The position numbers were made by a program, and so were the translations under genes. Shown here one piece after another: positions 36,906 through 52,600 of a DNA stretch of 64,000 nt. The notes beneath the pieces are model-generated. The model was not told where the DNA came from, did no database searches, and saw only the letters and a program-made list of their open reading frames with translations. Positions within the stretch are counted from its first letter, which is position 1. Every line of letters starts with the position of its first letter. This DNA comes from Tubulanus polymorphus (taxonomy: Eukaryota > Animalia > Nemertea): positions 29,926,299 through 29,990,298 of the forward strand of contig NC_134025.1 of the NCBI RefSeq assembly GCF_964204645.1, in the 5' to 3' direction.

Positions 36906-39900
36906 ATGTTTTCGTGGATTAAATCCGAGGGTAAGAAAGAACCGGAGGTTTATGAGAATGTCGTCGGAGGTTTGGCAAAGCTGTATAAAACTCGACTCCT
37001 CCCTTTGGAAGAGTATTACAGATTCCACGATTTTCACTCCCCTGTTCTCGATGACCCTGATTTTTCGGCGAAACCGATGATTTTACTGGTCGGTCAATAT
37101 TCCACCGGTAAAACTACGTTCATCCGATATTTACTGGAGAGCGATTTCCCGGGAATTCGAATCGGTCCGGAACCGACGACCGATCGATTCATCGCGGTGA
37201 TGCACAACGACACGGAAGGCGTCGTCCCGGGCAACGCATTGGTCGTCGATCCGAAGAAACAATTCAAACCGTTAGAATCGTTCGGAAACGCTTTCCTCAA
37301 TCGGTTCCAATGTTCCCAGCTACCGAACGCCGTTCTGGAGAGCATCTCGATTATCGATACTCCGGGAATTCTCTCCGGAGAGAAACATCGCATCGATCGC
37401 GGCTATAATTTCACCGGCGTTCTCGAATGGTTCGCTGAACGAGTCGATCGTATCGTTCTCTTATTCGACGCCCATAAACTCGATATTTCCGACGAGTTTC
37501 GACGAAGTATCGAAGCGTTGAAAGGTTACGACGATAAAATACGTATCGTTTTAAACAAAGCGGACGGGATCGATCATCAGCAGTTAATGAGGGTTTACGG
37601 AGCGTTGATGTGGTCGCTCGGGAAGGTGCTCAATACGCCCGAGGTCTGTCGCGTTTATATCGGCTCGTTCTGGGATCAACCGTTGATCTACGATTCCAAC
37701 CGGAAACTGTTCGAATTAGAAGAACACGATTTATTCCATGACCTGCAGAGTTTACCGAGCAACGCGGCTCTTCGCAAATTGAACGATTTGATCAAAAGAG
37801 CGAGATTAGCAAAGGTAAAAGAATTTCACGAGTGATTACGTGTCTAAACCATTGTCATTCCGCAGTGGAACCTCGTCAGAACAAACTTCAGAACACTGTT
37901 AGTTTTTGATCTTAAAATAGGGATTGACCCTGTGATTTATTTGATTGGTAAATTTCGTTTGATTTTTTGATTTGGTGTCCCTTACAAACCCACCACACCT
38001 GCCGGGAAAGAAACAGGGGGTTTGATTTTGAAATCGGAAATCGAAGTACAAATATAGTTGTGTGATCGGCGGTCGAGTTTACAGAATTTTTTGTTTAAAT
38101 CGAAGTACATAATTTGAAATTTTCGGTTCCGGTTCATTCAAACAATCATCCAAGCAGTCTGAACCGGCAAGCGACTGATTGGGGTTAATTTAGTTGGCTG
38201 CCTAATTTAATACATCAAGATTTAGGAAATAACTATATTACAAGGTTGAAGATCATTTTGTCAATTTTTAACATTTTTTTGGTCGTTTTCCACGTGTACA
38301 CTGTTAGTTTTAACTGATAGTTCACTGTTGTTATTTCTAGTCAGATTGATTTAATCTTTAAACTTGGGATGAGAAATTCTTAGGTCTATCTTTATATTCA
38401 TGGATTCTGGTTTGTTGTAACCCAAGGTTCCACTGTAAAACTTATAAGCGGCTCAATGGTTACTAAGGCAAAACTATGATTCAAAATCTCCATTTCTTTT
38501 GGACTTTTATATTTACTGTAAAATAAAATTGAATCTGTTGAATTTGGATTTATAAAAAGAATATATATTCTATACATGTAGTTGGAAACTGGATGATCTA
38601 AGCTACAGTTCACCCCCAAACTTCAAATACGAGCCCCTGTGTCCAGCTGTAGAACAATGTGAAATATGATGTTAAATCTGGATTTCATTGTTGGCTTGGG
38701 ATAAAATTCAAAACCAGTTCTTTCAAAGATATATTTGATAGTATTTTATTACGTCATCATATCATACTGTCATGAATCTCCTCTGACTGGATAAATTCTG
38801 ATACCAGTATATGGTACTCCCATATCCTATACTGTGGTAACAGGTGTTTTATTGGCTGCCGTATAAACGCTAATATTTGTTATTACACTATAATCAGACA
38901 GTGTTGAATATTGAATATTGTAACAGATTTCCGGAGACCCAAATTCACCAAAACCATACACAGTAATTATGTATGAAATGCTCGTATAATGATATAGCTC
39001 TTATGTACCTTCCCTATATTGAGTTGATAGTTTAATTGAGCGTGATTATTACTAAGAAGATATTTAATGATAAGATTGTGTATGTTAGGGGTATAACTCA
39101 CCTGAGTCGATCAAATACAGCGTAATTTGATAATCATAAAATCAATATGATAGATTATATCTATTAGTTAGAATCATTGGATAGGCTATACAAGTTCTAC
39201 GTTACTGTTCATTCCAATTTCTGATTCAAGAATAGCTTATTTGATGTTGGGGCTAAATTTCTAAGCCCTGAAACCGATATTTCATTGAAGTCCCTGGCTG
39301 AGTTTTCCAGAGGTGCCCATGAGTGGATCGAGGGTGTTCCAGAACTGTTCCTGTATTTCTCAGTGTGGCTGGCTAATACAGTCTAGATCTGACACTGACC
39401 CCTAAGACTATCGAGCCACTGATGAAGTTTTCTTTACATCGCGTATGTGATGTTACTTGTGTAGTAATTACCTCAATCAGTCCTATACTCATTATTTCTA
39501 TTTCTCTTTTTAAGGTACACGCATACATCATCAGCGCGTTGAGGAAGGAAATGCCAACGATGTTTGGTAAAGACAATAAAAAGAGAGAACTGATTAAAAA
39601 TCTTGATCAAATCTACTCTTCGATACAACGCGAACATAATATATCATTAGGTATAATAATATTTATACAGTTTTACTTGTACTCGAATATCTATAGGATA
39701 TTACTTATTGTCCAGATTTTTAATTCATTTTCAAAAAGGGCAGTATGACAAAAAATAAGGGGTAAAAGAAGACAATTTTTTATGTTTTTGGAGGGGTGTT
39801 TTTGCTATGAAGTCACTGTCAGAATACCCTTTAGCTTAGTTTGCTCTAAACATATTTGTTAAGATCCTCAGATGTTGTTCCTTCGTGTAATCTGTATTAA

Positions 39901-40493
39901 ATTGTTCATTTTATATACATTTAACAGGAGATTTCCCGGAGAAGAAGAAAATGCAGGAACTATTGGAACATCATGACTTCACGAAGTTCCACGCGTTGAA
40001 ACCGAAGCTGATCGAAGCCGTCGATAAGATGTTGTGCGACGATATTTCACGTTTGATGGCGATGATTCCGCAAGAAGAACGAGCGAGTATCGACATCGTG
40101 AATACGGTTAAAGGGGGCGCTTTCGAAAACTACGATGAGACACCGTTCGGAATCGGTAATCTCGAGGGAATCAACGCCGGTCAGGGCGAGAGCGAATGGA
40201 TCTGCGCGCGGAAACGAGATAAAACGGATCGCGTGTTCGACACGTTGGATCCGATCGACGGCAAGATCAGCGGCGCGAAGGCCAAACGAGAAATGATGAA
40301 TTCGAGATTACCGAACAATACATTGGCTCGTATCTGGAAGCTATCCGATATAGACCGGGATGGAATGTTAGACGCCGATGAATGGGCGTTGGCTAGTCAT
40401 CTTATCGAAATGAAATTAAACGACCAAATAGAAATACCTAGCGTGTTACCGCAACATTTAATACCACCATCCAAACGAGAATTCCTCGATTAA
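36906..40493 (+). CDS. EHD1: EH domain-containing ATPase (EHD1/EHD3/RME-1/Past1 family), 3 exons, 536 aa
   Basis: Exons 36906-37814, 39515-39650 and 39928-40493 (1611 nt, phases consistent). Motifs include the P-loop GQYSTGKT, PEPTTD, DTPGILSG, NKAD and KPES-type KPF loop region (KKQFKPL), plus a C-terminal EH domain (IWKLSDIDRDGMLDADEWALA..LIPPSKR). Confidence 0.96.
37900..38022 (+). repeat. Dispersed repeat shared with 49437-49650 (member of an abundant family with CCCAGTTCCACAG / CTGTGGAACTGGG ends)
   Basis: TCTTAAAATAGGGA.TTG.CCCT...TTTGGTGTCC.TTACAA...CCACACCTGCCGGGAA.GAAACA.GGGG occurs at both sites. The terminal motif also occurs at ~598-615, ~10818, ~13212, ~18495, ~27340 and ~46525. 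Confidence 0.75.
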
Positions 40494-40702
40494 AATACTG
40501 TTTTTACGATGAATTGTGCTGCTGCTGCTGCTTTAGTCGGAAAAATTGCTTTTAAACTGTGATTGTTGTAACTGTAGATGCAACAGGATTGGGGGGATGA
40601 TACAGTTATGATTTTACAGGTAGGCCTTCAATGGCTCAATATCCTCCGTTAATCACGACGTCTAACGGCAATATCGGCATAAAGGATTTAATTATGTGAA
40701 TA

Positions 40703-40868
40703 CAGTGGAACCTCATTACAACAAACTTGAGAGGACGAGAAATTCTGTTTGTTTCATTACATCCAGTCAGTATGAAATAAGTAAAATCGTCCTATTTGAG
40801 ATGAAATTCTAGGTTTGTTATAGATGAGAAATCGTTTTATCCAAGGTCGTTTTAACGAGGTTACGTCG
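40703..40868. mobile_element. pogo/Tigger-like MITE in the EHD 3' UTR
   Basis: TA|CAGTGGAACCTCATTACAAC ... TTTAACGAGGTTACGTCG|TA, with imperfect TIRs and TA on both flanks. Confidence 0.65.
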
Positions 40869-43642
40869 TATGTTACAGACAAAATATCCATAAGTGTATC
40901 GTTACACTTTGTCTAACTCAGAACTGCCAAGCTCTGGCAAAATTAGCCCGCAATCAGAAAATGATACGAGCCATTCAAAAGTGCGAGTCAGGCAAGGTTT
41001 TCCTTTATATGTATATCAGTATGTAAATAACTGCATGTATGGACAATAAAATGCTCTCTTATCTCTATCTATAGTCATATGGGTGACAGTAATGATTATA
41101 TAAGCTGTTGATCAGCTTTATACGTTACATATAATGCATATGGCATAGTAAAACTTAACACTCAAATTATCGTCGTCAGATATTCAGAATAATATGACCC
41201 AGAATAACCTAATACTGTATATGCATTTATATTTATGCACTGAGTTTGGTTTATTTTGTCACCACTAAACATAGATTTTTTGTCTGAATTATAGATATAT
41301 AAATATAGGTAGGCCTTTGGGAATAGAGAATACTCTAGTGTTCAGCACAGTTCAAAAACAAGTTATTTCTCATTTGGGATTGATGTAGAAAATCAGCGGG
41401 TCAAATATTTTTTTAAGCTAAGTCCATTGGGGTAATTAATTACTGGGTGAGGAGAACAAATGTTTTCTTTGACGCGAAGATCATTGATATATCTATTAAC
41501 ACGTTTTATGAACTTCATGACTTCTACAGAAACAATAGATCAGGCACTCGCTAACTAATAACTCTTCATCTACGATAATACTAACAATACTAACTATAAA
41601 CAGTTGCACTTTCTTCATCTATCAAATACTTATATTAATCTATGTACATAATTGAGATGTATTTTTTCACGAATGAATAAGAATTTTATTGCCCACGACT
41701 TGCTTTCGTTTGTAGAAATTCTGCCCCTGAGTAAAGCGTGCAATATGACAATGATATTAAAAGGCAAAAACTACTTTCATAGATGAAAGAAAAACTCATT
41801 TGTGAAAATCAAGAACCTCGCATAAGTAGTGTCGCAATGACTAGTAGTGTTTTTGATGAAGTATTTTAATATATACCCTATTGATATCAAATTAATGATA
41901 TTTTGATTATTTTAAAGCTGAAAACATGAAGACATATGGACGTATGTATAGTTAGATATTATCACTGTGGTCTGCTACATGTTGAATAATAGTGTTAGGA
42001 GGTGCTTTTACAAGTGGATATCTCTTTATTTAGTATTATTCCACTGAAAGTGGTTATAGGAAGGTGTTCAATAAATGCACGTCGATTTACGTTTATTTCT
42101 ATGCATTAAGTGTAATTATTTCTAGTAGTTTACTGCAGTAGCTATTGCAAAATCTTTGGCTGTGAAAACGTGTAATGCCTTTAACTGTGGCGGAACCATG
42201 TCGTCAATATCGTGGAATTCAGTCTCATACTGAGTGAGGTTTGATAACAATAGAAATTCGACCCTATATAAGATAAAATCCTCCAATACAAAAGTAAAAC
42301 AAGTCTGAAAGGTTTCCATGAGTTAATATTATAACTTACGCTCTTGATTTGTGGGATTTTATCTATCATAGCTACACAATGGACAGAGTGTTTCAAGGTT
42401 AGGAATTTGACCTCTTTTTTGTGAACGTCTGTCATAAAGGGGTGGGTGTGAGGGGCAGTGTGATTTGTACAGGTATATATGCCAGGTTGCAGTGCGTATA
42501 AGAATTTCTCACGACAGTTCTGGTTGATGCATGTTTAAACCCGATATTATTCATGGAAAATTAGTTTTATTAGATGAATATTATTGTTATATAAAGTATG
42601 TTATAAAAATAAATGAATGTATACATGTGAATGTATATTATACCAGTAATACTGATGTCTATGTGTGGTTAGTTGGTGATTGTTTTGAATGCGACAGCTG
42701 GAATATTCCTCCATCGAATATTCATTTTATATAATACTCGACTCTGAGCCGGTAGCCTACTGTTCGGAGTATAATCAGCAAATTTGTATTCTAAAAAATG
42801 AGTTTGGAATTGTTTTTGTAAAACGTATGAGTCATGATCCAATTGGAAAGTGTTACATTTCCTGTTCTGTGACTACACAATGCGTTCTTATAAAGATCCC
42901 TATACTACTGATGACAAGGAGGCTGACAGAAAATGTATCGATAGTTTGAACCGTCTTGCTGAATGTAAAGATACCTGCTTATGTGATATCAGATATCCGA
43001 TTCGAAAAATAAGTCAAACTCGGTTAAATCATCATGAATTAAGTGGTCTGTATTTTTTAGCCCCAATTTCCATTTACTAAGTGTAAGTCATCGACGTAAT
43101 GATAATAATAGCTGTGATGACTTAAAATCATAGCAGTGATGACTTAAGTGAGTTGACTATAGACTCCATCTCATATATACAATATAATAAACACAGCTAT
43201 TAGAATTTGTTTCATGAATAAATAGATTATTATTTTTATGGTACAGAAATATCAATAGAAATATGTAAAAAAAACAACAAATTAAGCTCTACAAAATAAT
43301 AGATAAATCACTTAAACTAACGATATTACATTAGGCGGATGACGAGCGAACAGCGGTGCAACATATCTGATAAAACTAACATTCTCTCTTTCAATATAAC
43401 AGCAATATTGAAGTTAATCAGGAAGTATAAATGATTAAAACGTGTTGAAACCTCATTGCTATTAATACGTGAATCAAAAACTTCACGAGCATGGAAATAA
43501 TATTATTCTTCCTGGTCTAGAAAATTATGCATTTGTTGACTTTGGCGAGTGGACAAACCAATATACGTATCATCAAATAAGGAGATAGAGAGAAAGTGCA
43601 GACAGTCATCCCCAGAGGAGAGGGGAGATCGGGGGCTAGGGA

Positions 43643-46600
43643 TTATTCGTCTAATTGACAGAGTAATGCAACTCCTCTCATGACCCAGAAATCTGCGTAT
43701 AAATCCGTCGGAATATTAACAGCTGTGACAAAGTTCGTAGAATGGCCGGTAGATGATAGCGAACCGGCTCGGGCAGACGTCCTGTATAACGGACATATAT
43801 ACGTGTCTTTATACGGTTCAACGCATTCGGAATCTTCTGGTAAACTCAGCGATGATTTCTCCGATTTTCCCGGACTTATCGACGTCACCTGAAATCAATA
43901 CAATACAATTAGATATAAATTCTCCACCAGAGAAAATGATATATTCATTTTATACGACCGATGATGTGGCAGTTAACATTCAAATTTTTCAATCCGCTCA
44001 TAACGATTTTTAATCCTCTCATGAACTAGAAACATATTCATAAAATGAACCGACAGACCCGAGATAAATCATACAGAGTTTAAAACTGAGGATTATTTAC
44101 TGGTACCTGTTCGGGGATAAAATGGATCTCCGGCAACCGATGAAATCGCTGCCCTGGTAACGATTCGTTTAATGCCTCTGTAGTGACGTCCCAGCGTGCT
44201 CCGTCAATAAACAAACCACAAACTAAGACCCCGTCATCGGGAGGTGTACCAGCCTGTCAACAAAAAAACATAGTCATCTTTAAAATAGCTAAAAATACCT
44301 TCATCCCGCTGAATATGAAAAACACAAACATGAAAATGTTTTTGTGTAAGAGATACTAATCCTTATTTGTACATGCAGTGAACCGCACCTTACTCAGACA
44401 TACCTAACTCGGAATTTTGACAAACTCTGACAAAAACGAGATTTATCTGATTTCCTACCTTATTTTTCCGATCCCTAATTAGGACTTTGCTTACCTCAGA
44501 ACCAATTTCACCGAATAGGTGAGTTTTACTGTATTTCATCGATGGTCACTTACCTTAAAAGCGTAGTCTTTAACGTTGATTTTAATTTTCGCATCGTTAA
44601 GTATTTCATCGGGGACGCTATCGTTGAGAACTTTGAATCTGAACGTCAGAGAATCGACTGATACAGCGATTTTACGAGCGTGGTTCTGTAAAACTCCCGT
44701 CAGAAAACCTACAATAATCATCAGTAGAAATCGATGAACATCTAGAAAAACTGTAGACTTTTGGCGGAAAATCAAGTCAATAATAACAGAATTCATCCTT
44801 GAAAATATTAGGATGCATTTTGTTTTAGTTGTGTTTCTGTTGTGTCTTTATTCTACAAGAATTCATTTGCAGAGAAATTGATTATTGTTTACGAACCTTG
44901 AGGAAAGAAAAACGCCGGCAGCCAGAAACTTCTCGGTTCGTAATCGAGTATAAACATATCTTCCAAAGCGTTACCTAGAGACGCGCGTGTTTGTAAAGCT
45001 TGAGGTGTTAACTGACGCACCGTACGATCAACTTTACGTAAAACTATCTCCAACCATTTCGCGAAGAAATCGACTCTTTCGATCAAATCTTGAACCCACG
45101 GAGATAAAGCTTTACACGATTCATAAGCCATTTGCTACAATAACAGATGAAAGTTTCTTTATTTGAGTATTTGATGGTGAAATTTGAATCTTATTAGCGC
45201 CAAAAATTTAATGTAGAATCCTTCACTTGGGACTGACAGGCATTTTGTTATAAGCCTAACAGTTTTTGTTATGGCATATGAGAAGAATTGTTACATTGGT
45301 TTTTGACTTAAGGTAACTGGCTTTTTGCCGCTATACACAGACAAAGCAGCAAAGTTTAACAAGCATACTTAATCAATGGCCTCTTAGAGTGTCTAAACCT
45401 TACCTTCCACTGTTGAGGAACTCTCATACTAAGGAATGAGTTATAGGCTTCTTCGAGATGTTCAGACATTACGACTTCACCATTAATAGCGCGACGTAAC
45501 GCATGCACGGATTTATGTATTATACGCAGTAACGAATTGAAACGATCGATTTCCTGACGTAAAACTGTTATCAATGCAGACTTCGTCAGCTCACTCATAA
45601 CCTGGTCCTCTAGAATAGGGGAGACCGCTGTAAGAAATGAGACAGAATATTCATAAATCTGGTGTCTGAACCACATTTTTAATCATACGTTGAAAGAATT
45701 AATGAGAATCAAACAATTCTAGCACAAAGAATGAAAAATAATAGCGTTTGAAATGTTTCGTACAGCTAGTAGTTTACACAACGTTGTGACTATCTGCTAA
45801 TAGTCATTTTCAGGAACACCAAATAAACATCAATAATTGAGAACTATTTACATTTTCCTCGACTGTCTTCTTTGATGCCGTTTTTCAGCAGTTCGCTCAA
45901 CGGTGGTTTGAATTTTTTCTGCGTCGGTCCGTCGTTCAAATCGGGAACTACATCTTCGATCGATTCGGGAACGTTCGTGATAATATCCGTCGCGATCTCC
46001 ATGACGATATCGTCGTTACTCTTACCCGATCTACAATCACAAATCAAACGCAGGTTTATAAATTCATCTTCTTATCTATTTCTAGCATGAATTCGATGAT
46101 ATAATTCTTACCCCATGATTGAAGAAGTAACTCTCGGTTGAACGGTGATGATCGTATCCAGTAAATCTTTAGCCTGCGCTTCTAAATACGCGTTCTGCGC
46201 GTTTTCATTCATTCCGAATATTTCAGGAGAATCAGTCGTTGGAAGCGTGTCGATGTAAATACGTGTATCGGCAAAACTATAACTACTCGAGATCGGATGA
46301 TAAACCTGTCAATAGATCAATCAACTATTATACTAAAGGAATGATGAATTTCAGTGAATTCTTCAAAATTCTAGTTGCCAAAGTAGCTGACTTGACTCCG
46401 TTAGTTCATACAAAAGTTTCAATAGTCAAATCTAAACCTTCAGAACTCAGAAAGTGGACCCAGGACCTGATAGCTCAAATTAGAATGAGTAGAATTTTCT
46501 AATTTCTGACTCAAAAGAATTAAATGTGGAACTGGGTCCTGAATATCGATGAAAACTTACAGCATCGGGTGAATATCTATAGTCAGACTTCAGAGCATCA

Positions 46601-49600
46601 TCGCAATAAAAACGATTGAGTAAACTGTGTAAACATCTACGATCCCAATCATCAGTAACTCGCCCTCCGTACGTTACTTCTCCCGTTAAATATTTCAACG
46701 CAGCCCACGGAATTTCATCTTCTATTTCTTCGGATAATAACATCTGTAGCTGTAACACTGACACCTACAAAATACAGTTCACGTTTTCGGAGTAAAATCT
46801 TTCAAATATTGCGAAGATATTTTTCTGAAATCGACGATTCAAACCTCTAAATCGGAATCGTTAAATTCGTAAGCGACGTTCCAACCGAGGCTGCCGTATT
46901 TCTTCCTCTCGTGTATGACAGCATTAAAGAAACAAAGTCCAAATAGAAGCGTTTTGAATGCCGGGCCACAAGACGCGCTCTCATACGTTTTCTCAGGAAT
47001 AATTCCAACTCCTCCGCTTCCGAATGAAGCCATGAGATTGTTCTTCAATCCGTGAGGACTTTCAACGGTCATCTGAAAATACATTCAATCAGTGTCGTAA
47101 ATTCATTGCTTGAATTGTCGCTGAAACCAAACCTAGATCATACAAGATCAACATACATAGATCAGTTCACACCTGACGATGATCTCTAGGGTGAGATCGA
47201 AACGTCGTTTTCTTATATTTTAGATTGTATCAATAAATAAATTCTTGATTTTAGAATTCTTTTAATTTGTAAATAGTGGGTTTTTATCTTATAGATCATA
47301 CAAACCTTTAGTCCTGATTGTAAGATACTGATCGGGAAATTTTTATCGGGTTTACTGCTCAAGAAAAGTCTAAATTCAGGATCGATGTCGGTATCTGGTT
47401 TATGGAAACTGCAATATAGAAACAATGTTGTCATTAGACAGAACTGAATCAAAGTTGTAAATTCATGAACTATAATTTTGTAATTCAAGTGCCTACCCTT
47501 CAACAATAGCCTGTAATTTTGGCATCCATGAAATAGCGAGGTGACAATTTTGTAAGAAAACCCATCGTCCTTTCAGAATCTGAGCTTTAGCGATGAGTTC
47601 TTCGGCTTTCGGACCCTGGCCACGTCCTAATGAGATCATATCCAAGTGTACAGTGCTACCTCGAGATTCACGTGAGAATCTCAATAAACTCGCTTGAGGA
47701 TCGGAACCTACATAAAACAAGCATCAAATATAGATATACATCTTACACGTTCATCCAGACCAGACAACCTGTTGGTAGTAGTTTTCACAAAAAACGAGAG
47801 TAATTCGACATCAAAAATAGCAAAAAATAGTATCTTGATTGATGATGAACTAGAAATCATTCTGATTTTGAGAGTAATTTCATATTTTCAGCAGTTGAGC
47901 TCTTAAAAAGAGCAGAAACTACTCATTGTCAGGTCTATGTGTGTTTTTGATATTTACCGGGCGATAATGTGAAGATGATGGGAGTTTTAGCTGAAGATTC
48001 CTCATAAACGTCGCTCAAATCATATTCCATCGAATAAATGAATCTGTCTCCCATCTGTTCAGCTATGAATGTTTGTATTGATGCAGTCAACGCAGCCGGA
48101 TTCAATACTTTAATCAGAAGAATCTTCTCAAACGAAGTCAGCGTTTCCCACGGAAAAACAATCGCATAAGGATCATTGGCAGTTTCTGAAATGATAGTAC
48201 ACATATTAGTATTCATATTTCTAGTAACTAAAGCAGCACCGATATGTACAAAGAACATACCTTCACTACATTCAAACTTGTGATCCATAAATCTATAAAC
48301 ATCGTCATGGTGAATAAACTCATTCCATTGTTGATGATTATTGCGTAGACTGCGACACAGATATTCAAACGGCGGTAACGTAGCTTCCAGGTGCTGACAT
48401 TGTTGCCACATCGAATCGCGAACCCATTTCGGCTGCGGTACTTTTATACCTTTCGTTTGTACGTCTAATCTCTGCATCGGACTCAAACCTGAATTAATAA
48501 TCAACAATTCAAAGTGATAATGTAATCGTTGCGAAGATTTCAACATTAGAAGTCATGGTTAAGATTTTGGGGAGCAGTGTGGGGATGAATGTGGGGATGA
48601 GTGGTGCTCGTGTTCAACCCTGGGATGCCAGTCATAGTCCTAGTGATTGTACAGCCTATAAGGTTCGGTTCAGGTCAATCTTCTTATTTGTTATAAATTT
48701 TATTTGTAATTATAATTGATGATGAAATAAATTACATTACATTACATCACATATATCCTGTGAAAGATATCCTTATCACCTTTATGGAAGACATTGGAAA
48801 TGTATTGTATATGATTCTTGTGCTATATGAATACAATTATTTCATTATCTTAATTACCATCATAATTATCTAGTGTAGATTCACTCATCATACTGGCCAT
48901 AATCATTCCATGCATGAATATCAACCATTCGGTGTCATCGAGCGGGTCGGGTTTCTTCACCAGGTCGCTGCGATACTTCCATTGTGACCTCATAATACTG
49001 GTCGTCAATAGAAACGAGAAAGTTAACTGATGATGCCCGAATAATGCGACTGAAGTGATTTGAAATACACTCATTGTTAAACGGTCGATCATCGCTATCA
49101 TGTGTTTATTCAACTGTAATTCGCTGGAATGTCGTTTTCTCTGTTGAGCAGGAACGATCAGTTCATCTTTATTAGTCGTAGTCGTCGTGGAAACCGAACT
49201 GTCTTTACTGTTCGGTCGACGGATGATTCCGCTTAGTCGTTTCGCCGACGCGGCACTAGAGGGCGTCGATTCGATATAATTGACGCTGTTGATGCATTCG
49301 ACGAATAACGTCTGGAACCAGTCCAACGAGAACTGATACATGACGTCAACGTGGGCGAGATCAGCGATTACAAAATACAGCGTCGCACCTCGTGTGGCCA
49401 CCTGAAATATACACCAACCATTCATCAAACAAACCCAGGATACAGTTCCACAGTTGTTGGTTTGATCTTTGACTTAAGATTAATGTTTTTTTTATCTTAA
49501 AATAGGGAATTGTCCCTCTTATCTATTTGATTGATTTGATATTATCCTAATTTTTGGTGTCCATTACAACTGGCCACACCTGCCGGGAATGAAACAAGGG

Positions 49601-52600
49601 GTTTAATTAACCCTTGAGTCAAATCTTGACTCATAATTGTGTAACTGGGTCTTTGTTCCTTTGAATGAAATTCAGCGATCTTCTGTGAAACTTACCGGTA
49701 AATATCTCTGTCTGGCAGTGTTGAGATTACGTTCAGTTTCCTCTGATCTCGAGACTCGACTCGAGATTTCACGAGACATCACTTTACTCGTCTGTAACGT
49801 ATCGACTAAATCCTGATCGTCCAGTATGTTACCATCGCTTTTATTCAACAAACCCAACGTTTTATCTTCCATTTCTCGTATAACCGTGCGATCGTTCGCG
49901 ATACTTCCTAATAATTCACTTCTCTCTATTTCAAGTTCAGGTTTCTCCTGAAATTCATCACGAAAAGCTATCATCAATTTAATACAGTTTCACATCTTAA
50001 TTCAAAACCACTGGAAGGTCATACGCATTCATATACCGGTGTAACAATGGGAGCTCAAACTGACCTGTCTAACAACACTTGAAAGCAGTTGTTCTTGAAG
50101 TCCGTCAAATGTGACGGTGAAGTTAATGAGTGTAACTTGAATACAGACAGCAGGAAGATAGTGAGGGTTACCCATTGATGTCGTCATATATAACCTACAA
50201 ATAGGTGATAAAACGCACGGTCAGGTTTTTAGTGAAATAAACATGAAAACAGTATTAAAATAGGTGGTAAATAGTTACCTGAATTGATCGTTATATTCGA
50301 TCTCTGTATCACCGAGTTTGATAATTTTGTGTCCTCCGCGTATGAAAGTTTCTTGTAGTAGAATTGATTTTAAAGAAGGATCCAAAGTTTCAGTTACATT
50401 CTAGAAAAACAACACAGAATACAGTGAGGTCATTTCTAACAGTTAGTTTCGCTAATTTGAAGAATAATTAGATATTACCTGTAGTAAAACTGGTTCGCCA
50501 ACTCTAATCGCTCTTTCCATTGTTCTCATATAAATCGGATCAGATGCTTGAACGATCTTTAATTTTGCTCCCTCCATTTTCGTGATCCATCTGAGGATTA
50601 CACAAAACAACATTTAATTCAGCATCAATACCACAGATCGCAGACATACGCAGTTTTTTACTTACATAACAGCTTGACCCTGGGGATCTATCAACAGTGG
50701 CCATTTGCGACTTTTCTTTACGATTACAGCATTCTCAGTTGAATGAGCATCACTCGGTAGAGCTTCAGTTTGCCATTTCAAAACCTATCAAAAACAACCG
50801 CAATATCGATCATTAACAGGTATTCAATGTATTGATATAGATTATTGTATATGACTGATACCTGATTAGCATCGACGATACTCCTCACGAGATCGTACTC
50901 ATCGGAAATCGGAATCGCCATCGTGCGACACAACTGAACCCATTGTTGAATTAAATCTTTACGATATTTAGCGGTGAATGCGCCGATATACGCGACAGCA
51001 GCGGCCGATACGAGGGTATCCCCGACTAAACCTTTCAAACGGAAATCTAAACTGTCAGCCATTTCCTTCCAGCGATCCTGTGCACAAAATAAATAGATAA
51101 TTGATTATATCTGTTTGGTGGCTGATCCAATGTCGTGAGTCAAATTTTGAAATCTTTCATAATATCTGGACCCAATTTTAGTTGGTTATAATTGACTCTA
51201 TCTACAGTTTCACTAGTTGAAAATGAACTCTTGATCTCAGAGAATTGAAATCACCTTCTCTCCGGATAGAGCTGTAATCAGTATCGATGCTCTCTGCAGT
51301 CTTAAAGCCGTTATTACTTTTCTTTCTTTCAATGCTTCCCTCTGATTCACTGAATCCTGATATTGTTGTTGTAACATTTTCAAATGTTCTTGAATCTAAA
51401 GGGAGAGAATAGATGCATATACAGTATACTGAATAGAAGGCGTTTGAGATGATCCTGTAATGATGCATGCCCCAAGTTTACCTTATTGAGACTTGCTTCT
51501 TTCTGCACCAAATTTGTCTGAGCCAGACCTAATGCTTCCTTTGCTTCTGCTACTCGTTTCTGTTTTGGTCTAACCATCTATAATGAATAGAAATACAGCG
51601 TGTTTAATGATTATTATCTGCTAATAGTTATCTATAATGTGTCAGTATATTAGATGATTACCTTGTGAACTTGATTATAATGTTCTAAAGCCAGAACCCA
51701 CAAACAAATTGATTGACAAGCGCGAGAGACTTTACCAATGATTTCAGGGTTGAAATCGGGATGACTCGTATATTTCTTCAATTTATGGAACACCTGAAAT
51801 AAATAATACGTTGAAGAAATAAACTAATGGTTTTATCGAATATTCACTCATAACCTGTGAGATTATAGAGGACTGCTGATAGCAAATGGCTACAATATGT
51901 GCCCAGCATTCTGATATCCATTTGGGAAAGAACTTCTGCATTGTGTCCATGACGAATTTACCTTTTCTGGGAGATTGTTTTTATCGAATTGAATCAGTTG
52001 TTTGAGGAAACTTGCGTCGCCCAATAAACGTTTAGCCGTCGACCAATCTGGTTTTTCTTGCAGTAAAATAGCCACTGCTGACATCACCATCTTTATAGCA
52101 TTCGGAGGTGCTTGATAAACTCTGTAAAAAGAAATAAAAGAGATAAAAACTGAAGAAAAATTGAGAAAAAGTGCTGGATATATATGGCTAGATTTAAACT
52201 GACCTGATTTCAGCGACATCGGATTTATTAAGAGCATCTAGTGCATCAATAGCCGTCTGTAGGGCTGGTAATACTGAGGCTAAATCTCGCTGACATTCCT
52301 GCGAAAATATCACAAATCAAACATGACGATGTTTACAGTGACAGAATTCAGTGTGAAAACAAACAGGAATCTTACATCAGCGTAATTCTGAACTAAAGCT
52401 GTTTCTTTCTGCATTATTTCTCTCTCGTGTTCGACGATAGTTTTCACTTGTTCAACGGCTTCTTGATCCTTTTCTAATTGCTCTAATAAAACCTCGGTTT
52501 CTTTAGCTTTTTCTTCGATCTTCGGACCCAATGTCACCAACTCGTCCTGCATCGTACCGACCAGTAGATTTGCTTCCGATAATTTGTTCAATCCTCCCAA

